A program made the translations under genes and the position numbers. From Spirogloea muscicola (lineage: Eukaryota), in assembly GCA_009602725.1 (NCBI GenBank), contig WELB01000016.1, positions 1,210,915 through 1,230,914 on the forward strand: a stretch of DNA of 20,000 bases, given 5' to 3'. The notes under the pieces were generated by a model, which ran no database searches, was not told where the DNA came from, and saw nothing but the letters and a program-made list of their open reading frames with translations. Of this stretch, positions 9,334 through 16,407 are shown in pieces (positions within the stretch are counted from its first letter, which is position 1; each line of letters begins with the position of its first letter).

Positions 9334-9415
9334 TTATGACCCCTAAGTTTCAGCCTGGCCTGATTCAAGCTGGCGTCGGGCCTGACGGGGGCTACCCCAC
9401 GTCCGGGTGCGCGCA

Positions 9416-9480
9416 GCACGAGGCTAGTGGCCTGTAACACGCGCTGCACGAGGTTAGTGGCCTGTAGCACGCGCGGCACG
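9416..9480. repeat. Tandem repeat, ~2.2 x 30 bp
   Basis: GCACGAGG(C/T)TAGTGGCCTGTA(A/G)CACGCGC at 9416 and 9446. Confidence 0.9.
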
Positions 9481-9799
9481 TGTACGAAAGCCCACTTGCT
9501 CGCGTACATTCGGGCCAATGACATACCCCGGGGGCGCCAATCCCCACCCTCCTCCCCCCGGCCCGTCGTCGTGCGATGCTGTGCCTGGGAGTTCGGGTAT
9601 GCCGTACCCCACACTGTTCTCCAGTGCGGGGTTGACTGAACAAGGCTGGACAAGGCGCCGCTGGCGGCTACACAGGCTGCCAGTCCCCCACACCCGCAGG
9701 CCACTCTCCCACGCTAGCTCCCCACGCCGCCCAACCCCCCGCCGCCGCGCACCCGCATTGCTCGGCTGCTTGCGGGCGCAGGCCGGCCAACGCCACGCC

Positions 9800-9941
9800 A
9801 TGGCGATGACGCCAGTCGCATGCCTCCTCCTGGTCAACGTCCTGGCGGCCACCATGCCGGCTGCAGCCGGAGGAGCCACTCTTACCGGCTCTGTCGTCTG
9901 TGACAGAAACTCCAATGGCATCGCAACCACCTGCGCCTCAG
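9800..9941 (+). CDS. Candidate first exon of a secreted protein
   Basis: GCCATGG context; hydrophobic leader MAMTPVACLLLVNVLAATMPAAAG, then TLTGSVVCDRNSNG; ends at a CAG/GTAC donor. No downstream exons identified. Confidence 0.35.
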
Positions 9942-10189
9942 GTACTCCAAATGTTTGCGCATGAAGGGAATGCTTCTGTTGCAGTCGTTTTCAAGACTGT
10001 CTATTGCACATTCTTGTACAGCACATTCTTGCAAGCGCACTAGGTTTTTAGAGGTTGTACTTAGACGGTGCAATTTGGCCTTCCAGTATTTCACAGAAGT
10101 TGCAGATGGAGCGATGTGTGTGTTAAGTGTGCCGACATACAAGCTCAAACGACACGTGACAAGGGTAACAGATTGACACTGATGTTGGC

Positions 10190-11520
10190 ACCAAGTCAGC
10201 AGGTGACTGTCAACAATCTGCAGGCTGCAAATAAGAATCCTGCAGAAGGAGGAGCACAGCGATGAAGAGTTGGAGGCACTCACAACATCATAATTGATTG
10301 ACCTTAACTATCATCCTATGGACTTAGGCCGTAAGCTCTGTTATCAACCATGTACCACGTACAATTTCAAATCTTGTAGGCCAATTTCACAATCTGGAAT
10401 CTAACAACCATGTATGTGAGCCTTGAGGTCTCAAAATGGGACAACAGTCCCGTACAGAGGCAATGATTCAGTTAGCTTCTGCTGTCCAAGTTCCATAAAT
10501 TCAAGCTCATCATGAGGATTCTCCATCCACTAGAAGAAGAAATCCAGCACGTACAAATGTTGCAGAATACGACAAGCGTCTCTGGTCTCTAGAAGTTTGG
10601 AACGCAGATTTCGAGTGCGAAAAAATTAAGTAACCTATGACCAGGTCGGCACAGCGACTGAAAGAAGTGCAATATACACTATCGTAAAACGAAACTGAAA
10701 CTACATTGAGCATGGAAGCCAGGAGACTTGCGCTCTTCAGGCTGATCAGTCGACTTCAATCATTGCTACAATGCCATCGCTTGACGCGGGCAGGATGATG
10801 CAGAAACCGTCTACCCTTGCCCTTGTCCGTTCTCATAGTTCCTCATTGTTTGCGAAGAATAGCAAAGAAATCGATTATGCACGCTTCTGTGATCAAGCCT
10901 TTAGCCAAGTCGGCGGCAATTGGAGCAGATCGGATGGATACTGGTGACATTGATGCCGGATGTGGAGCAGATAGAACTGCTGCAAACACTAGGCTAATAC
11001 GACAGAGCCTTCAGCCTGAAGGGGGAAAATAGCAACGATGCCTCCTACTAACAATGGAGAGACCGGATTCTGTAGGGGGTTGTGGTTGTGACGGAGCCAG
11101 CTGGGGGGTAATGGACAAGACTAGGGGCCAGACCTGCTAGTCAGCAGCTAGAAGCATCCAGGATTCTGAAGGCCCAGCTCAAGCGACAGAGCTCCCACTT
11201 AAGCCTTGCTCCACAGATGTGAGCAATAAGACATCACTTAGCAACCACCCTGATAAATGCCAGCGAGGTCAAGCTGCCAGCCGCCAGCGGGGCTCTGGAT
11301 GCTGCCAGTGCACCTTATGACGCAACTTGCACAGAAGGAATCGCAATCAAGAATGTACTTTGAGGACATTGAATGGAAGCCGATATCAGATTGCATGACA
11401 CTGGTGCAACGGCGAGACCGTCTTTTCAAATAGAAAAGAGAGCGCGCGGTGCCCATGAACTTGAAAGAGAGGCCAATACAAGCCTTACAAAACCCTGATA
11501 ATGAGGAAATGAGCTGGCTA
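10190..11520 (+). pseudogene. Possible highly degenerate LTR-retrotransposon gag-protease relic
   Basis: AT-richer block with TNVAEYDKRLWSL (Gag MHR-like, ~10552) and IRLHDTGAT (retropepsin-like DTGA at 11397-11408); many stops. Confidence 0.25.
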
Positions 11521-11529
11521 AGGGTGGCA

Positions 11530-11635
11530 CTAATATCCTCGAGTGAGCACATATAGATCTGACAAGCTAAGCTGAGGAGCTAGACCACCACCACGGAAGC
11601 CATTAGCCTGGCCTAGTGCACGGCCAGAGCCCAGC
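11530..11635 (-). mobile_element. Short CRE-type 3' coding fragment
   Basis: SGRALGQANGFRGGGLAPQLSLSDLYVLTRGY*, homologous to AGRALAAASGLRSGVALPPLSSSDFLLLTRGY*. Confidence 0.8.
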
Positions 11636-12480
11636 AGAAGGAGAACACTGGTTAGCGTTCGAGTAAGCACGACATTACCATCTAATGACCGTCCGAAGCC
11701 ACTATTGTGAATTACAGAAAATATACACTTGACACTTCTATTGCCAATATTTAATACGTCCTTTTTGGACTTGGTCATTGGGGGTTTAGAAGCGAACCCC
11801 CAACACGGTGAAGTACCGCGCACACAACGTAGCGGAATCCCTAGCCCTGAGGCTTCGCGGACACACCTCTCGTGGCTTTCACAGCCGCTCTTCCAATAGC
11901 AGCAGCCGCATTCATTTCTCGTGCACAAGCAGCAATTGTCCGCCCCGGGAACAGCAACAGATCACTCACAGAGAGCCGGCGCTGACCGCAGCGACGGGCT
12001 GTAGCCACGGGCTGCAGCAGCAGGCAGCAGCAGGGCTGTGCCCCTCCCTCCCGTGGGCCTCACTGATCAGGACCGAAGCTCCCCCGAGTCTGATTTCAGC
12101 CCACTACCTATATAGTGGCACATGTGCGCCCTCCAAAGGGGTCTCTAGAAGGCTCGAGTCAAGGCCCACCCTTGGCAGGGCGGGCCCGACGAGAGGGATA
12201 TACCATGAAGCTGCGAGGGCAGCTTCATGAGAACGGGGCCGAGCAGCTGCCCTTTTAGAAATCAGGCTTTTCTAGTAGAGGGCGATAGCAGAAGTGGACA
12301 GCCCAGCAAAAGAGTGAACAAACTTCCAAGGGCCCAGACAAGCACTATAGCACGCAGCAACTCAAGTGGTCACAGGGTGCTCAATGCGCCCTGTTGAATA
12401 GCCGCAGGTCAGAGAAAGCAGTCTCCGGGTAGCAAAGTCACCGTCTCGAGCAAGAGGCGCCAGCCAAAATGCTACCAGCA

Positions 12481-12678
12481 CCCTGTCTCTGTAGCCTGTG
12501 GCTCCGCTGACATACTCATCAGTAACCTCTGTATGCCCTGGCTGGCTGTCACAGCCGCTCTTCCAATTTCAGCAGCCGCACGTCCTCTGCCTAGCCTGTG
12601 GCTCCGCTGTAGTCGTCATGAACATTCTCTGTATGCACCTAGCTAGCTTTTACAGCCGCTCCCCTAATATCAGCAGCT
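12481..12678 (+). repeat. Two tandem copies of a ~100-bp repeat homologous to the inner element's 3'UTR
   Basis: TAGCCTGTGGCTCCG..TGTATGC..GGCTGGC..ACAGCCGCT..TCAGCAGC matches 8570-8657 and 16492-16592; partial copy at ~11840-11910. Confidence 0.85.
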
Positions 12679-12717
12679 CTGGAAGCAGCGCGCCTGCGCG
12701 CCACATCGCCGGCAGGG

Positions 12718-12804
12718 GCGTCACACCGCGGGTTACCTCGCGCGTCACCCGCGCGTCACCCGCGCGTCACACGGGCGTCACTGGCGCGTCACACTGCGCG
12801 TCAC
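12718..12804. repeat. Minisatellite with ~11-bp period, 7 x GCGTCAC core
   Basis: GCGTCAC at 12718, 12742, 12753, 12764, 12775, 12786 and 12798. Confidence 0.85.
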
Positions 12805-13049
12805 TGGGGCGCGGGAGAATGTCAATACTGGGCCCGCCATACAACATACTGGCATTGACTCGAGCTCAGACGCCCTCAACGGTGGGAACGCCGCCAAAAC
12901 GCAAGGCTGGCCCCTCTCATCACCGAGCTTGTGACTCCTGTCCGGGAAGCTCTCTGTGGCCGGCCGGCTCCGTCTCTCTCGTCTTGGTGCACCACCTCGT
13001 CTCCTATGGCGTCTCCTACTGTCGTCTTCTTTCTTCCTAGGCGCGCCTT

Positions 13050-13097
13050 CTCTCCTGGCTTTTCCAGCCCCTGTCCTCAATGGGCGAGCACTTTCTA
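13050..13097 (+). repeat. Isolated CRE-type 3' terminal motif
   Basis: CTGGCTTTTCCAGCCCCTGTCCTCAATGGGCGAGCACTTTC, near-identical to 15973-16013. Confidence 0.8.
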
Positions 13098-13279
13098 GGG
13101 CGGGATATCTCGTGTTCGCAGCGTGGCGTGCACGCACAGCCGGGCCCCGCCGCCATGCCGCCGCGGGGCCGCTTGCAGGTGGGCGGCTCAGGGACGTGGA
13201 AGCTGCTCGTCCAGAAGGAGCGTCTAATGAGCAGCGCCTAGGGCAATGGCTGTGCAAGAGAAGCGCGGCCAGATTGACT

Positions 13280-13925
13280 GGTGGCTGGGAAAAACCAGCC
13301 CAAAGGAATGGACAAGGTTCTGAGGGAGCCTGAGTGCGAATGACTAGGACTAAGACATCAGCCAGGGAACGCTCAGTACCCTCTAGTCAGGAGATGCAAG
13401 TCTGAGTAGCTAGCTGGCGGAAAGACGTCGCCTGACGGAAGCCGGAGGCCGCCGCCAAAGCTCGGCCTGCGCGCAAGTGAACCGCGAAGGCAAGGGACCG
13501 CTGCATCGAGACGGCCAAACGCATACGGAAGACTTGAACGAGGAACCCGGCGACGTTGAAGCCGGGCTGCTTGCCCTGCTGCCCGAGGCGGCGGGCCGCT
13601 CTCGCCGTGCCAGGCGGTGGAGCAAGTCAAGCCATTTCGAGCCAAAGGCTCCGTGCACGTCGACTGCCAGTGGAACGGACTCGTCTCCCACCGGGTGGTC
13701 CGAGTACCTCCGTTCCTTTTCGCCCGCCGCTTGGCCGACTGCGTAGCCCGCCTCCTCCGACGAGCGTTTTGCGCTGCTGGAAACAAAGCAGTCGGTTGTG
13801 ACGACGTCTGCGATGAGCCGAGGCTCTCCGCCGAGCGCGCTGGCGACGAGGTCGGCGAGCCGGGTGTGGATGCGGCCATCCGCCCCAGCGGTTGGAGGCA
13901 TGACGCTGGTGTTCTCGAGCTGCAA
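13280..13925 (-). mobile_element. 5'-truncated CRE-type copy (RLE C-terminal half + 3'UTR), frameshifted
   Basis: LENTSVMP..HTRLADLV..IADVVTTD..KERRYSDHP..LAVDVHGAFGSKWLDLLHRLAR..DLHLLTRGY* (stop 13373-13375). Confidence 0.88.
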
Positions 13926-13929
13926 GCTT

Positions 13930-14115
13930 TCCAGCTTGTTACTCTGATCTGCTGTTCCTCACACGTGGATACTGAGCATCCATCTGCATCTCCCTCTGCA
14001 CCCTCTTGCACTTTGTAGTGTAGTCCTTTTTCGGCACTTCTTTCTTTGGCTTTGAATGTTGTCAATTCTTTCTGGCTTGGCTTTGCCAGCCCCTCTTCTC
14101 TATGGGCGGGCACTT
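13930..14115 (+). mobile_element. Very short CRE-type 3' end (SDLLFLTRGY* + 3'UTR)
   Basis: 13938-14085 is a near-identical inverted copy of 66-213. Confidence 0.88.
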
Positions 14116-14869
14116 ACTTTCCAGGGATCCTTCTTCCTCTTTCGATTTGGCCGCTCCATCACTCGATACACAATGCAGTCATTTCAAAGCGGGCCGAAAG
14201 CCGTACACGGCCCCGCCCGGTAAGCAGACAGGTCTTCGACGTTGCCCGTACTATCCAGGCTGACCTTCTTCGTGGGCCATATTAGGACGGTCAAGGTAGG
14301 CCCGCCGAGGCCTTTTTTGCGTTCACATCAGGTGCCCGAAACATCAACGTGGATCTGCCACGCGGCAGCAGCAGCCAGGTCAGCAACGTAGCAGGCCCGC
14401 CAACCAGTACGAGCAGCGAGCGATCTCGGCTGCCACCGGCGGTCCAGCGTGGCGCCCCGTGAGGCTGCCACCCGGCCGCCACGTAGGCGAAAAGTGTGAC
14501 CGGGCAGCCCGGCGGGCGCCAGGCGGTGCAGATGGCGGCTAGTGCGGCGAGGGTGGCGGGCCGGCGCCTGCCCCCCACCCCACCCCCGCCCCATCCGCTT
14601 ACCGGCCAGCTCTCCCGCCCCTCCCCTCCCCGCGCAGCAACGCCCCTTCACAGGGCAGCTGGCTCCGCCGCCCGCCGCCCTCACCGCCTGAATCGCTCGG
14701 AGAACCACACCTGAACCCCATTTGGGACCTAACCCTATCTCACGCCCTGAAACCTTTCACGTGATTCCTACTTTTTCCCTGTTGGCTACAGGATTCCGTT
14801 TCCTTTGCTTGGTATGTCGTCATCTTGGCATAGGCCTGTAGGCTTTCAGAGCTTTTAGCAGACTCTGAA

Positions 14870-14922
14870 TGCATTCTCTTTCTTTGGCTGGCTTTTCCAG
14901 CCCCTATCCTCAACGGTGAGCA
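14870..14922 (+). repeat. CRE-type 3' terminal motif
   Basis: TTTGGCTGGCTTTTCCAGCCCCTATCCTCAACGGTGAGCA. Confidence 0.8.
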
Positions 14923-14924
14923 GA

Positions 14925-15818
14925 TGAGCTCGCCCATAGAAGAGAGGGGCTGGCAGAAGCCAGCCAAAAAAGAATGGACAATATCCAAAGAGCTCCAACA
15001 CTAGCTAGGCATCTAGACAACTAGACATGACGGAACCACACGAAGTTCAATACCCGCGGGTGAGCAACATCAGGTCAGAGTAGCTCGAGGCTGGAAAAGA
15101 TGCAGCCGGGCGAGACCCGGAAGCAGCAACAAGAGCACGGCCCGCGCGCGAGTGGACGGCATGAGCGAGTGAGCGTTGAAGGGACACGGAGAGCCGCATC
15201 CGGAAAACCTGGGCCAGGGAGCCGGCCGCGTTGAAGCCGGGCAGCCCCTGGCGGACCCGGCCGCCGCTCCATGGCCTGCCGGGCAAGCCGCTGGAGGAGA
15301 TCCAGCCAGCCGCTGCCGTAAGCCCCGTGGACGTCTATGGCAAGGGCCGCGAACTCATCACCTGGGGGGTGATCGACATACTTCCGCTCCTTGCCCCGGG
15401 CCGCCAAAGCGACCGAATGCCCAGCGGTCGTCGCCGACTTGGAGGGGTTGGCAGAGTCGACACAGTCGGCGGTCACCACATCCGCGATGATACGCGGACC
15501 GCCGCCGGGCGGGATGGCGACTAGGTCTGCGCGGCGGGTGTGAAGTTGACCATCGGCGCCGTGCACGAGGGGCATTATCGAGGTGTGCTCCACGGCCACC
15601 TTGTAGCCTGCCTCGATGAAGACACCCTGCATGCCGTCCCTAAGAAGGTCATGGGATCCGGTCCTCTCGCCGCCGTGGGCACAACGGAGCATGTGGGCCG
15701 CCAGCTCCGCAGGGTCGGCATGGGGGGCACCGCACTCGCATTGCGTGACTCCAATGAGGCAGGGGGGGAGGAGGCCCAGAAGCCGGTGGACCGCCGTCCT
15801 GTAGACTGTGTCCTGTAG
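14925..15818 (-). mobile_element. 5'-truncated CRE-type copy: Zn knuckle, complete RLE, 3'UTR; one frameshift
   Basis: RLLGLLPPCLIGVTQCECG..AAHMLRCAHGGERTGSHDLLRD..RRADLV..DVVTAD..KERKY..LAIDVHG..LMLLTRGY* (stop 15047-15049). Confidence 0.9.
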
Positions 15819-16168
15819 AGCACTTTCTCTGGCTGGCATCATGAGCCGGAGGCTAACCCAGGACACCGAGTTCCTGTGACCTACGGCTGCTCAGCAGGGG
15901 TTACTGAGTGATTCGTAGCTGCTTTGTTTCCGTGTGTGCTTGTTTTACTTAGCGCTTCCCCTTCTTTTTGGGCTGGCTTTTCCAGCCCCTATCCTCAATG
16001 GGCGAGCACTTTCCTCCCCTGGCCCCCTTCTCGTACTTTGTTCATTCTTTTTTTGGCTGGCTTTTCCAGCCCCTATTCTCAATGGCGAGCACTTTCTCTG
16101 GCTGGCATCAACAGCCGGAGGCTAACCCGGACACCAAGTTCCTGTGACCTGCGGCTGCTCAGCAGGGG
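15818..16168 (+). mobile_element. CRE-derived ~269-bp unit bracketed by ~82-bp direct repeats
   Basis: 15818-15900 is repeated at 16087-16168. Contains PSSCDLRLLSRGY* (stop 15905-15907) and two tandem UTR stem-loop motifs (15971, 16055). Confidence 0.8.
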
Positions 16169-16407
16169 AACAACGATATTGAGCACACCAGTGGCCACTT
16201 GAGACGCGGTGTGCTGTGGCGCTTCTCGGGCCCCATTCGCCCATTCTTCCAGTAGAGGGCGATGGCTGCGACTGGCCAGCCGAGAGACAAAAGGATGAAC
16301 AGATTTTCCGAGGAGCCTCTCTTCGTTTCACAGCCGCTCCTTCCTCCTCGACCGCCTCAGTGTGCTTCTTCCCCAGTGGAGCTCCCGCCGCCGCCGCCGC
16401 CGCCAAC

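Noticed and set aside
13900..13960. Twin-priming inversion of a single insertion
   Set aside because: Both arms contain their own TRGY* terminus and different 3'UTRs.
13373..14113. 246-aa ORF as a gene
   Set aside because: Artefact spanning two inverted CRE fragments; only the last residues are in the RLE frame.
15936..16015. HDV-like ribozyme (TCCTC loop, P1-like pairing)
   Set aside because: No GG for P1.1 after the P1 3' strand, no P4 or catalytic J4/2 segment, and it lies at the 3' rather than the 5' end.
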